Counted from the stretch's first letter, positions 12,582-23,708 are shown. The stretch is 64,000 nucleotides of DNA from Candidatus Eremiobacteria bacterium (GCA_963737065.1 CAVTRC010000001.1:1536001-1600000); one strand, 5' to 3'. Numbers and translations are program-made. The notes: a model not told the origin generated them from the sequence alone.

Positions 12582-14269
12582 TTAGGCGATCTTCGCAGTC
12601 TTGGCGGGAGTTACTGCCGATGCGAGCAGCGTCTTGTATCCGACGTTCGGGAAGAGCACGGTCACCAAATCTTTTTCCGCGCGCTCGATCGTGCCGGTGC
12701 CGAACTTCGGATGCGTCACCACATCGGAGATGCGGAAACCGCTCGTCGAGAAAGCCGCCTTCGACGGGCTCGGACGATGTTTCATCGGTCGTCGCGGCCG
12801 TCGTTCCGCACGCGCCGCGCGTCGCGCGCAGGCAGTTATCGCACGTGCCGCAGTTCGACGTGTCGTAATCCTCGCCGAAGTAGTTGAGGATGAAGCGCCG
12901 GCGGCACGAGGCGTTCTCCGCATACTGCAGCATCATCGCGAGCTTCGATTGGTCGTACGACTTCTTCGTCTCGTAATTCGCGAGGCTCAACACCAGCTCG
13001 CGATTCTTGCGCACCGCTTCGGTCAGCTTGTACGCCGATTTGCCGGCCGTTTCGATGTAGCCGGATTTCTTGAGCAGCGCGAGGATGACTTTGAGCTTGG
13101 TGAGCGGCAGCTGCAGAATCTTGCGCAGATCGGTCATCGAGACGCCGTCTTCTTGATCGCCGAAGACTTCGATCGTGCCGAAGACGCGCTGCACTTCTTC
13201 GATGTCGGGATACTTGCCGGTGAGGAAGTAATTCTGCACGCGCGTATCGCTCATGCGATAGATGAGGATGCAGCGCGACTTCTCGCCGTCGCGTCCCGCG
13301 CGTCCGGCTTCTTGCGTGTAGGCTTCGAGCGAGCCCGGCAGATCGTAGTGCACGACGAAGCGGATGTTCGACTTGTCGATGCCGAGGCCAAAGGCGTTGG
13401 TCGCGACGACCGCGCGAATCGTCTCGTTCATGAAGCACTCGTGCACGAGCGTGCGATCTTCTTTATGCAGTTTCGAGTGGTACACCGCCGCCGGAATGTT
13501 CATCGTGTCGGTCAGGTACTTCTGCACTTCGAGCGCGTTCTTGATCGTCGCGGTGTAGATGATGCCGGTGCCTTCGAGCGTGTCGCGTCCGGTGAAGAGC
13601 TGCTGCAGAATCTTGAACTTGTCGGCTTCTTTGTCGGCCTTGCGCGCTTCGTACTGCAGGTTCGGCCGATCGAACCCTTTGACGATCGGCTTGACGTGCT
13701 CGATGCCGAGCTGATGCAGAATGTCTTCGCGCACGGCCGGCGTCGCGGTCGCGGTGAGCGCGAGCACCGTCGGATGCTGCAGCCGTTTGATCACCGCGCC
13801 GAGCGCGAGATAGGCGGGGCGGAAATCGTGTCCCCACTGCGAGATACAGTGCGCTTCATCGACGACGAAGAGCGGCACGTTGATCGATTGCAGCAGCTCG
13901 AGAAAGCTTTGATCTTCGAGCTTTTCCGGCGTCGTGTACGCGATCCTGAATCGTGCCTTGGCCGATACGCTCGCGCGCGACGATTTCTTGTTCTTCGGAG
14001 AGCGTGGAGTTGAGCGCGACGACGTCGGTGATGCCGCGTTCGCGCAGCATGTCGAGCTGATCTTTCATTAACGCGATCAGCGGCGAAACGACGACGGTGG
14101 TGCCTTCGAGCAAGAGCGCCGGCAGCTGATACGTCAGGCTTTTGCCCGCGCCGGTCGCGAGAATCGCGAGCGTATCGTGCCCCGCCAATATGCGGGAGAT
14201 CACTTCTTCTTGGCCCGGATAGAATTGCTCGAATCCGAACTTGTCCTGAAGGGCAGAACGCAAATCCAC
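12582..14269 (-). CDS. recQ: RecQ-family ATP-dependent DNA helicase with a C-terminal Tudor-like domain (frameshifted)
   Basis: FYPGQEE, ATGAGKSLTYQLPAL, VVSPLIALMKDQ, VDEAHCISQWGHDFRPAY, ALTATAT, ATNAFGLGIDK, QEAGRAGRDG and the Zn motif CRRRFILNYFG...CGTCDNC. Confidence 0.92.
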
Positions 14270-14392
14270 GACGAGTTTCTATAGCCTCCCCACCGATGAG
14301 CATAACCCATCGGTGGCGCGAGAAGCATTACTTATGCAATATGATTACCCCCGGGCAAGCGGAGCCAAACTGCTTGCCTCGAAGTCCCCCGG

Positions 14393-16091
14393 GTGTCCCT
14401 CTATCGAACCTGGCGCCCCAAGTCGTTCGCCGATTTGGTCGGCCAAGACGCCGTTGTCCGCACCTTAACGCACGCAATCGAAAGCGGAAAACTCGCCCAC
14501 GCCTACTTGTTTTCCGGACCGCGCGGTTCCGGGCAAAACATCCGCCGCCAAAATTCTGGCACGGTGCATCGACTGCGTCAACGGGCCAACGGCCCACCCC
14601 GATAATACGTGCGAAAATTGTGTTGCTATGCTCAACGGCACGGCCTTGGACGTGTTGGAGATCGACGCAGCCAGCAATCGCGGCATCGATGAAATTCGCG
14701 CGTTGCGCGATGCGGTGAAGTTTGCGCCGAGCGCGATGCGCATGAAAGTGTACATCATCGATGAAGCGCACATGCTCACCAAAGAAGGCGCCAACGCGTT
14801 TCTGAAAACGCTCGAAGAGCCGCCGCCGCACGCCGTCTTCATTTTGGCGACGACGGAACCCGAAAAGTTGCCGGTCACCATCCTCTCGCGTTGCCAGCGC
14901 TATGCATTCCGCCGCATTTCGATTCCCGTGATGATCGAGCGGATGCGCGAGATCGCAACGTACGAAGGGATCAAAATCGACGACGACGCGCTCGCAACAA
15001 TTGCCTATCGCGCCGACGGCGGATTGCGCGACGCGCTCACGATGCTCGAACAAGCCGCGGCGTTCGCCGAAGGCAAGGTAACGGCCGCGACGATCGACTT
15101 GGCATTCGGCGCAACGGGCCGCGGCTACGCAAACGAGTTGATCGACGCGGTGTTGGCGCGCGACGCGTCGTCGATGCTGCGCATCATCGAAGAAGCGAGC
15201 GACGCCGGCACCGATATGCAGGTGCTGATCCGCTCGTTGATCGCGATGTTCCGCAATTTGCTTGTTGCGCGGGTCGATGCGGAGTTGCTGGCGCGCGATT
15301 TGGCGCCGGAAGATGCGCAGCGCGCGACGGAACGCGCGCAAGGTGTCGCGCAGGCGACGATCGTGCGCGCGTTGCGCGTGTTGAGCGACGCCGCTTCACT
15401 GGCGCGCACGGGTGGAAATCCGCGGCTCGAGTTGGAGACGGCGCTGCTGCGGTTTGTGTTGTCGAGCGAAGATCCGACACTGGAGGCGCTTTCGGCGCGC
15501 GTCGCCGCGATCGAAGAAAACGGTGTCACCGCTGCACGCGGCGCTTCGTCTGAAAGCGCCGCCATGAGCGCAGCTCCGCCAGGGGCGGAGTCGACGACCA
15601 CCCACATCACGCGCACGCAAACCCGAACCCGTCCCCCATCCGCACACCGCAACCGCCACCCGAGATCCCGGATCCCGAACCGCGAACCGAAGCCGGCACC
15701 GCAAGCTGCACGCGCGAAGCCGAGCAACGGCCCCGTGACCGTGCAAAAAGTCCGCGCAGCCTGGACGAACATCCGCGGCAAAGCCGAACACGAACGCGCG
15801 TCGTTGCGCGCGCCACTCTCCGGCGCAATGGTCGACTCAATCGACAGCGACGGCAACCTCCTGCTCAAGCTGCGAAGCAAACTCGACCTCGACATCATGA
15901 AGGGCCACGTGGCGACGCTGGAATCCGCGATCGCCGACGTCCTCGGCTCACCGATCAAGGTTCGGCTCGAATCCGGCGGCGGTGCAGCGCCGAGCGCACC
16001 GGTTGAAGAAGAGAAGCCGCAATTCGAAGAGCCGGCCGAAGACGCCGACGTGCTCTTCAACTACGCTAACGAAAGAATCCGCGAACGATGA
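14393..16091 (+). CDS. dnaX: DNA polymerase III subunit gamma/tau (indel in Walker A near 14531)
   Basis: [29 protein letters not shown](KT), [50 protein letters not shown]. Confidence 0.95.
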
Positions 16092-16396
16092 ATCAAGCGC
16101 AATTGATGGCGCAAGTCAAAAAGATGCAAGCCGAAATGGTGAAGGCGCAAGAAGAACTCGCCACCACCGTCGTCACCGGCAGCGCCGCAAACGGCATCGT
16201 CACCGTCGAAATGACCTGCGATCAACGCATGAAGTCAATCAAAATCGGCAAAGACGCCGTCGACCCCGACGACATCGAAACGCTCGAAGACCTCGTTACC
16301 GTAGCCGTCAACGACGCACTAACAAAAGCCGGCGAAAAAGCCCAACAACGCATGGGCGGCCTAACCGGCGGCATGCGCATCCCAGGATTGATGTGA
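16088..16396 (+). CDS. ybaB: YbaB/EbfC nucleoid-associated protein
   Basis: KKMQAEM...VDPDDIETLEDLVTVAVNDAL...TGGMRIPGLM, in the canonical dnaX-ybaB-recR order. Confidence 0.95.
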   Translation: MNQAQLMAQVKKMQAEMVKAQEELATTVVTGSAANGIVTVEMTCDQRMKSIKIGKDAVDPDDIETLEDLVTVAVNDALTKAGEKAQQRMGGLTGGMRIPGLM

Positions 16397-16439
16397 CGAC
16401 TATCACTCGCGCGGAACCGATTGCGAACGCTTCGCACAG

Positions 16440-16480
16440 TGTCATCCTGAGCGAAGCGCCGAAGGCGCGTAGTCGAAGGA
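16440..16480. repeat. REP-like palindromic repeat with an internal hairpin
   Basis: tgtcatcctgagc-gaagcgccgaaggcgcgta-gtcgaagga between ybaB and recR. Confidence 0.75.
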
Positions 16481-16484
16481 CCGT

Positions 16485-17096
16485 ATGCCATCAACTGGAT
16501 CAATTGCCGGGCCTGTTCAAGCCCTTATCAACGAATTCTCGAAACTCCCAACCGTCGGCCCTAAAACCGCTGCACGGTTGGTGTTTTATTTGCTGAATCG
16601 TCCGCGTCACGAAGCGCAATCGCTCGCTGAAGCGATCCTTGCAGTCAAAGACAAGGTTCGCTTCTGTTCGATTTGTTTTTCGCTGACGGAGCACGATCCG
16701 TGCGATATCTGCAGCGACGAACATCGCGATGCAACGACGATTTGCGTCGTTGCGGAGGCGAAGGACATCTACGCGATCGAACGCACTGGCGTGTTCAAGG
16801 GCCGCTATCACGTTCTCGGTGGGCTGATTTCGCCGATGGACGGCATCGGCGCTGCGCAGCTGCGCGTTAAAGAGCTTGATTGAGCGAATCGGCGCGAGAA
16901 CGCCGTCTCGAAATCATCATCGCAACAAATCCAAACGCTGAAGGTGAGGCGACGGCGCTTTACTTGTCGCGATTGCTTCAGCCGCTCGACGTTAGCAGTG
17001 AGCCGCTTAGCCTACGGATTGCCAATTGGCGGCGATCTGGATTATGCGGACGAAGTCACGTTAGCAAAAGCGCTTGAAGGGCGTCGAGCGATTTGA
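16485..17096 (+). CDS. recR: Recombination mediator RecR (frameshifted near the 3' end)
   Basis: [14 protein letters not shown]4 zinc finger [72 protein letters not shown]. Stop TGA at 17094-17096. Confidence 0.95.
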
Positions 17097-17099
17097 CCG

Positions 17100-18066
17100 C
17101 TATCGAAATAGCGGAAGGTCACGCGCTCGCCGATTTAATGGGACGAGTTCATTGCCGCTCTGGGAAATAAAGGCAACGCCGTTCTCTTCGAGGATCGTCG
17201 AAACGAAGCTTGTTTCTCGATTCGGCGCACTTCCAATGCTAGCACTGGAAATGCGTCTTGCAGTTGCGCGCGATAGCGGACTTTATAGTCAAGGAGCTGC
17301 CCCAGCCCATACCTCATCTTATTCACCGCGTCGCGAAGATTAGTAACGCTCTTTGCCTCAATCAGCTCGCGGTGTCCAGGGAATTCGACGACGAGATCAA
17401 GGTGATTGTTATACCAGAACCAGCCCCCTTTTTGTTTGACTTGCCTTCCTATCTTACGCAGGACGTTTTGATGATCTGCGCGAGCGCGCTCCTGCAACGC
17501 TGCTGATTCCTGACCGTCGAGCTTTCGATCGGGGTTCGGCACGTAGCCCGCACCCGGTGGGATTTCTTGAATCCTTCGAATGCCGTCTATCGGCGGCGTG
17601 ACGGCCGGACCGAGGTAGATTCCATTGCTGATTTCTTCGGTGCTTGGTAGAAGCGATATGCCGGCTGAGGAAACATCCGCTGCTGCAAGTATCCGCTGGT
17701 ATGTAATGTCGCTGAGGCGCGGACGGCAGAAACACCTTGGATCGGTCGATGCGACTCCGTCTCGTAATACCGCCCAAACTGGTCGCGCAACGGAACAAGG
17801 ATGGGGAACACTTCGTATTTCAATAAGGGAACGAATCGGTGCTTTTCATCGTCTAAATCTTCAAATGGGACGCCGAGGATTCCGTGACCAAAATAGTGAG
17901 ACGCATCAGGACGTGGGCGCCGTTTCCCCGCCGGCCGATAGTAGATGAATCGATCATACGGAACGATCCGCGAAAAGTATATGCGCGGATAGTGATAGAG
18001 CGAGCCCTCTGCATCCTTATAGATCCGCTCGCCAGGCTCAAAAATTTGTGAAAGGACGACGGGCAC
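17100..18066 (-). CDS. Putative restriction endonuclease: N-terminal PUA/EVE-like domain plus C-terminal PD-(D/E)xK nuclease (two indels, about 320 aa when joined)
   Basis: N-terminal YKDAEGSLYHYPRIY...DRFIYYRP...YFGHG...AVR.LSDITYQRIL. C-terminal LDLVVE...LIEAKS...RYGLGQLLDY. Joining frames near 17720 and 17240 gives a stop at 17100-17102. Confidence 0.6.
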
Positions 18067-18141
18067 GCTTACTTCTTCCCCCGAGCGCGCTTACGGCCTC
18101 TAAAAGCTTATTAGTCGCATCGCTGCTCGGACGTTGAACTG

Positions 18142-18501
18142 CTACAGCTCATTGTATTTCTTCGCAGAGCCTCGAACGCGCGCGGTTGGATATTTTGTTC
18201 TGTTTTTTTCGAGCTTTTTTAGCAGGGACGTTCCGAGATCAATCTGCCAGTCATGGCTCATCAGGAGCAGCCAGTAGAAGATGTCGGCCATCTCATCGGA
18301 CAGGCCTTCGCGGTTAGCATTGAGGTAGTGTTCGTCTGTCTGATCAACCCACTGAAAGAGTTCCAGCAACTCCGAGGCTTCGAGCGAAAGGGAGATTGCT
18401 ACATCTTTCGCATTATGAAATTGTTTCCAGTCTCGCTCGTCGCGGAAGGCAATGACCGCCTCCGTTAGTGATGCGAGAGTGGGCGTTTGCGTGTCGCTCA
18501 T
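18142..18501 (-). CDS. MazG-like nucleotide pyrophosphohydrolase (DCTPP1-like)
   Basis: FRDERDWKQFHNAKDVAISLSLEASELLELFQW...DEMADIF...KKLEKNRTKYP. Confidence 0.92.
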   Translation of the reverse strand: MSDTQTPTLASLTEAVIAFRDERDWKQFHNAKDVAISLSLEASELLELFQWVDQTDEHYLNANREGLSDEMADIFYWLLLMSHDWQIDLGTSLLKKLEKNRTKYPTARVRGSAKKYNEL

Positions 18502-18522
18502 GAACGTGAGGTACGAGGCCAG

Positions 18523-20409
18523 GTGCAGCTTTACTGCGGACTAACGCCAGACTTCATACAAATCGAGGCGCAACGTCAAATTGTACGGCGCTTAGGGGTC
18601 AGCTTTTTCGAGTACTATCGCTATGAGCCGTCAGAATCCGAGAAGCGCTCTTGGCACAACTCGCTTCATGCGTTGAGCGCGCAGCTTAAGCGATCAAACT
18701 TCCTCAACCACGGGATTATCGTCGAGATGCAGCTTCCGCTCACCTCGCGCCGGATTGACTGCATGCTGACCGGGCACGATAGAGATGGCGCTCAACAAGC
18801 AGTACTCATCGAGCTCAAGCAGTGGACTGACGCAGCGCCAGCGGAGGAAGACCTGTGCGTGGAGGTACTTTATGGCGCAGGGGTTCGCACACAGCCTCAT
18901 CCGTCGGTCCAAGCCCGCGATTACGCTGAATATTTACGGCAGTACCGGTCGGCATTCTATGAAGACCCGACAGTTGCGCTCAGTCCGTGCGCATGGCTTC
19001 ACAACTTTCAGCATGACCCAGACTCGACTCTATTGGATCACACGAAGTTTGGTGCGGTCCTCGACGACGTCCCGCTTTTCGCAGCTAATGACAGCGACGC
19101 GTTCGGATCGTTCCTAGAGGATAGAATCGGACCTGGAAAAGGCGAGCCCGTGCTCAATCGTATCGTCAACAGCCGCTATGCACCTAGTAAGAAACTGATG
19201 GAACATACCGCGGCGGTCATCCAAGGGCGACGTGAGTACACGTTGTTAGACGAGCAGCTCGTTGCGTACGAGAAGATTATGCTCGCTTCACGAAAAGCGA
19301 CGAGGAGCAAAGCGCCGCGCACCGTCATCATCGTAGAGGGTGGCCCCGGAACCGGAAAATCTGTTATCGCCCTCAATGTGATGGCCGACTTGCTGAAAGA
19401 TGGAAAGAACGTTCAGCACGCTACTGGGTCGAAAGCGTTCACAGAAAATCTTCGCAACACGCTTGGCTCGAGAGCCGCGTATCAGTTTCGCTATTTCAAC
19501 AGCTTCGTAGATGCAGAGCAAGCAGAAATCGACGTGCTGATCTGCGACGAAGCGCACCGCGTTCGTGAGTCGAGCAACAATCGCTTCACGGCTAAGGGGC
19601 GGCGCTCCACGATGCCTCAAATCGAAGAGCTCATCTCTGCCTCAAGGGTTACTGCATTCTTCATCGACAACCAGCAGGTCGTTCGCCCCGGTGAAATCGG
19701 TTCAACAGCCGTCATCAGAGAAGCTGCTCAAACGCTCGGTGCGAGAGTCGTTGAGGAACGACTGGAAGCGCAGTTCCGTTGCGCGGGGTCCGACGAGTAC
19801 ATCGACTGGGTCGATGGGCTGCTTGGCATCCGCGAGACGGACGTCGAGCGATATGATGTGTCGAATAACTTTCAGTTTCGGATGTTCGACTCGCCAGAAT
19901 CGCTTGACGACGAAATCCGGCGGCGCGCGGCCGACGGACAATCGGCGCGTCTAACTGCTGGATTCTGCTGGCCTTGGTCTAACCCTGAAGGCGGAAGGCT
20001 TGTCGAGGACGTCGCTATCGGGTCGTTCGCGAAGCCTTGGAACGCAAAACCGGATGCCGGGCGGCTTCCGATTGGCGTGCCCAAGTCGAACTTCTGGGCC
20101 ACGGATGCAAACGGCATAAATCAAGTTGGTTGTGTCTACACCGCGCAAGGCTTTGAGTTTGATTATGTCGGGGTGATTTGGGGTCGCGACCTGATTGTTC
20201 GCAATGGTGAATGGGTTGCCGACCGACGTGCGTCTTTTGACATGGCGGTGAGACGCGCGAAAGATGAGCACTTCAAGGTGCTTGTAAAAAATACATACCG
20301 CGTCCTTCTCACTCGTGGTTTGAAGGGTTGTTTCGTCTTCTTTCAAGACGCAGAGACGCGTTCGTTTTTCGAGAGTCATCTTGAAGCATACCAAAGCAGA
20401 GGTCATTGA
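18523..20409 (+). CDS. DUF2075 domain protein (Schlafen group-3-like SF1 helicase with an N-terminal nuclease-like domain)
   Basis: Probable GTG start at 18523 (MQLYCG). Motifs RRIDCML...VLIELKQW, Walker A GGPGTGKS, ICDEAHR, QFRC, AGFCWPW, YTAQGFEFDYVGV and YRVLLTRG. The ORF is intact. Confidence 0.9.
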   Translation: MQLYCGLTPDFIQIEAQRQIVRRLGVSFFEYYRYEPSESEKRSWHNSLHALSAQLKRSNFLNHGIIVEMQLPLTSRRIDCMLTGHDRDGAQQAVLIELKQWTDAAPAEEDLCVEVLYGAGVRTQPHPSVQARDYAEYLRQYRSAFYEDPTVALSPCAWLHNFQHDPDSTLLDHTKFGAVLDDVPLFAANDSDAFGSFLEDRIGPGKGEPVLNRIVNSRYAPSKKLMEHTAAVIQGRREYTLLDEQLVAYEKIMLASRKATRSKAPRTVIIVEGGPGTGKSVIALNVMADLLKDGKNVQHATGSKAFTENLRNTLGSRAAYQFRYFNSFVDAEQAEIDVLICDEAHRVRESSNNRFTAKGRRSTMPQIEELISASRVTAFFIDNQQVVRPGEIGSTAVIREAAQTLGARVVEERLEAQFRCAGSDEYIDWVDGLLGIRETDVERYDVSNNFQFRMFDSPESLDDEIRRRAADGQSARLTAGFCWPWSNPEGGRLVEDVAIGSFAKPWNAKPDAGRLPIGVPKSNFWATDANGINQVGCVYTAQGFEFDYVGVIWGRDLIVRNGEWVADRRASFDMAVRRAKDEHFKVLVKNTYRVLLTRGLKGCFVFFQDAETRSFFESHLEAYQSRGH

Positions 20410-20497
20410 AGCGCACTCGCGCAGCTTTCATGTGCCGTTAACCTAATTCACCAATCGCACTCAACCGCTAGCGCGAGAATGGCATCGGAGGAATCTG

Positions 20498-22113
20498 ATG
20501 TCTACTCAATCGCTTACCGCCCCTCGAGGGCTTCCAGAGATCGGCCGGTCGCTCGGCAGAGCCTTTAGCAACATTCCGCGATGGCTGCTCATCGCGCTCG
20601 CGGCGCTCGTGATCGTGGGCCTGATCGCAGGCACGGTCATTTCGCGCACGCAGAGCGCGACGCAGGTCGTCACCGCTCCGGTCGTCCGTCAGACGCTGAC
20701 GCAGTCCGTAACCGCGTCCGGTACGGTGAACGCGCAAAACAGCGTTACCGTCGGCAGCCAAGTTTCGGGAACGATCTCGCAGCTCTACGCCGACTACAAC
20801 TCAAAGGTCAAACAAGGCCAAGTCCTCGCGCGCATCGATCCGAGCAACTTCCAAGCGCAGCTCGCGAAAGATGAAGCCGCTCTCGCGCAAGCGCAGGCGC
20901 AAGCCGGCGAAGCCGCCGCAAACGCCAACGGCGCGGGCGCGGGCGTAACCGTCGCGCAGGCAAACGCGAACGCGCAAGAAGCCGCCGCAAACGCCGCCAA
21001 GACGAACATCGCCAAGGCGCAATCAGCACTGACGCTCGCGCAGCAACAGCTCGCGCGCGATCAACAGTTGCTCGCGCAAGGCTACATCGCGCAAGCAACG
21101 GTGCAGAGCGGATCAGTCGACGGTCGCGCAAGACGAATCGGCCGTAGCCCAGGCACAAGCCGCCTACGCGCAAGCGCAAGCGCAAGCGCAGGCGAGCAAC
21201 GCAACGATCGGACAAAACGGTTCGACCGCGCAAGCGCAAGCCGCAAGCGCAGACGCTGCGCAAGCCGCCGTGCAAGCCGCGGAAGCCACCGTGCAAACGG
21301 ATAAACTCAATCTCGAACACACCGTCATCACCTCGCCGGTGAACGGTACGGTCGTCTCGCGCGCCGTGTCGGTCGGTCAGACGGTTGCCGCATCGCTGCA
21401 AGCGCCGACGCTCTTCACGATCGCGCAAGACCTCTCCAAGATGGAAGTCGACATCAACGTCGGCGAGCCGGATATCGGCGGCGTGAAACCGGGCGATACG
21501 GTTGACTTCACGGTGCTCGCGTACCCGAACCAAACGTTCCACGGCACCGTGCAACAGGTTCGCATCAATCCGCAAACCGTGAACAACGTCGTAACGTATG
21601 ATGTCGTCGTCGACGTCAACAACAAGGACAACAAGTTGCTTCCGGGCATGACGGCCAACGCGACGATCAACGTCGCGAGCTCGCCGAACGCCCTCGTGGT
21701 TCCGCTCACCGCACTGCACACGCGTAGCGCCCTTCGACAGGCTCAGGGTGACACGGGGGCGGCTCAAGGTGACACGGCGAGCGCACAACCGCAAGCCGCC
21801 GGCGCATCGCAGTCGCCGTGGGGCGGCACGGCGGGCACGAGCAGCGGCAGCATCGCGACGGGACAAACGGCGTCGCTGATGGTGCAACGCGCGGGCAAAC
21901 TGCAACGCGTGAAGGTCCAAGTCGGACTCGTCACCGCCACGCAGGCGGCGGTAACGCCGACCGACGGCAGCACGCTCAGCGAAGGTGACAACGTCGTCAC
22001 AGCATTCAGCGGAACGCGCAGCGGCAGCGGTAAGAACGGCCAAAACGCGCCAGTCGCGCAGCCCGCTTCAGGGCGGCGGCGCCCCGCGTGGCGCAATGCG
22101 CGGCATGCCGTAA
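20498..22113 (+). CDS. Efflux periplasmic adaptor subunit (MacA-like membrane fusion protein), frameshifted
   Basis: TM anchor, VTASGTV...VGSQVSGTISQLYADYNSKVKQGQVLARID, ITSPVNGTVVSRAVSVGQTVAASLQAPTLFTIAQDL, LLPGMTANATI. Confidence 0.9.
21730..21775. repeat. REP-like palindromic repeat (one full and one partial copy) inside the macA-like CDS
   Basis: cccttcgacaggctcagggtgacac followed by ggctcaaggtgacac, read in frame as LRQAQGDT...AQGDT. Confidence 0.8.
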
Positions 22114-22115
22114 CG

Positions 22116-22138
22116 CTTCGACAGGCTCAGGGTGACAC
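22116..22138. repeat. REP-like palindromic repeat
   Basis: cttcgacaggctcagggtgacac right after the macA-like stop, identical to the core of the 21730 copy. Confidence 0.8.
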
Positions 22139-22192
22139 TGAGTACGCCATCAGCAATCGGGCGAAGCGCATGCGCGTGGGTATGCTGCGCGA

Positions 22193-23189
22193 ATGAGCGA
22201 CGAACAACCATCAGACGAGACGAGCATTTGTTGGAACGGTTGGGACGGGAATTGCGGCAGCTGCGTTGACGCAAAACGCGTCCGCGCAAGGCAGCACACA
22301 AGGATGAGCCGGCGCTTCCGAATCCGACCGACCGGTATCAGAAAACGTTTCCGATGCAGCAACAACCGTGGCCCGGTTTGCAATCGAAGATGGATCCGCG
22401 ACCGGATTGCGGCGAGACATCATATCAAGGCACGCGGGCGGCTACGCGGCCGCAAAATGCTTGTCACGGGCGCAGATTCCGGCATCGGGCGCGCCGCAGC
22501 GATCGCATTTGCGAAAGAAGGCGCCGACGTTGCGCTCAATTATCTTCCTCAAGAAGAAGCCGACGCGCGCGAAGTCGTGCAAGTGGTCGCACTGCGCGGC
22601 CGCAAAGCCGTGCCGATTCCGGGCGACATTCGTGAAGAGGGTTCTGCCGCAACTCGTCGATCGCGCCGTGCAGCAGCTCGGCGGACTCGATACCATCGTG
22701 AACGTCGCCGGCAGGCAGAACGCGATCGAAAACATCGAGGATCTCTCAACCGAACATATCGATTGGACGTTCAAAACCAACGTCTATGCGATGGTGTGGA
22801 TCGTGAAGGCCGCGTTGCCGCACTTGCGTCCCGGGTCAGTCATTATCAATACCGCATCCGAGCAGGGCTACAATCCCGACCCCTGGCTCGTCGATTACGC
22901 GATGACGAAAGCCGCGATCGTGAATTTCACGAAGTCGATGGCCAAGCAACTGGCAAAGCGCGGTATTCGTGTCAATGCGGTCGCGCCCGGACCGTTCTGG
23001 ACGGCACTGCAAATTACCGGCGGAACGATGCCCTCGAAGATCCCGACGTTCGGTCAGCAAACGCCGCTCGGTCGCGCCGGGCAACCGGTAGAAATCGCGC
23101 CGGTCTACGTCGCGCTTGCGGCGGGTGATCTATCGTACGGAACGGGCGGCATTTGGGGCGACACCGGCGGCAATCCCGGGCCGGGTTAG
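22193..23189 (+). CDS. SDR-family oxidoreductase (YghA-like), frameshifted
   Basis: [41 protein letters not shown] (YxxxK), [31 protein letters not shown]. Confidence 0.9.
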
Positions 23190-23632
23190 TTCGGAAGGTT
23201 TGCGAAAACTTCGTCGACGTCGAATTGAAGCCACGGCAATTCGATACTGACGAAACGCTCGCCCATCACTAGCGTCGTCGCGCCGACGCGCGTAATTGCG
23301 CGAATCGTTCGCTTCTCCGGAAGCACGTCGAATGCGACGATCGTGCCTTTCGCGAGATACGCTTGCATCTTCCACTCCACGTTCTTAGTTTGTCGCCTGG
23401 CGAACGAATTTCGAACGCTACGTCGGGTGCAAACGGCGGCTCTTCCCGCTGCTTGTGATCCAACGCATTGAGACGCTCGCGCGACACGAAGGCAACGTCC
23501 GGCACGAGCGAGGTCGGCGGGTCGCCCGGTGCGCTCAACCAAAAGCGCCATTCGGTCGCGACATCGCTGCGATCCCGGGCTCGATATAGGGCTTCTCGTC
23601 GATCGATCGCATCGCGGTCCTCGATTCCTCAC
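23186..23632 (-). pseudogene. Uma2/DUF820-family endonuclease, fragmented and apparently missing part of its N-terminus
   Basis: EWRFWL, LVPDVAFVS...PDVAFEIRSPGD and KMQAYLAKGT lie in different frames. Confidence 0.6.
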
Positions 23633-23708
23633 GACTACCGTATCACTGCCCGCGCTGTGACAGCGCGAGACGGCAAAGGGACTGCCGGGAAACGAGCTGC
23701 GCCGCCGG

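Noticed and set aside
14285..14392. SRP RNA (ffs) or another ncRNA upstream of dnaX
   Set aside because: Hairpins exist (ccaccgatg...catcggtgg; ggcaagc...gcttgcc), but the conserved SRP domain IV motif (CAGG...GGAA...AGCAG) is absent. An Infernal/Rfam scan would settle it.
14520..14545. Frameshift in dnaX as programmed gamma/tau recoding
   Set aside because: It lies in the N-terminal Walker A motif (an extra G in a G run), not at the post-domain-III slippery site, and would abolish both products. Most likely a sequencing error.
17097..20430. Island as an integrative element or prophage
   Set aside because: No integrase, transposase, tRNA target or flanking direct repeats were seen.
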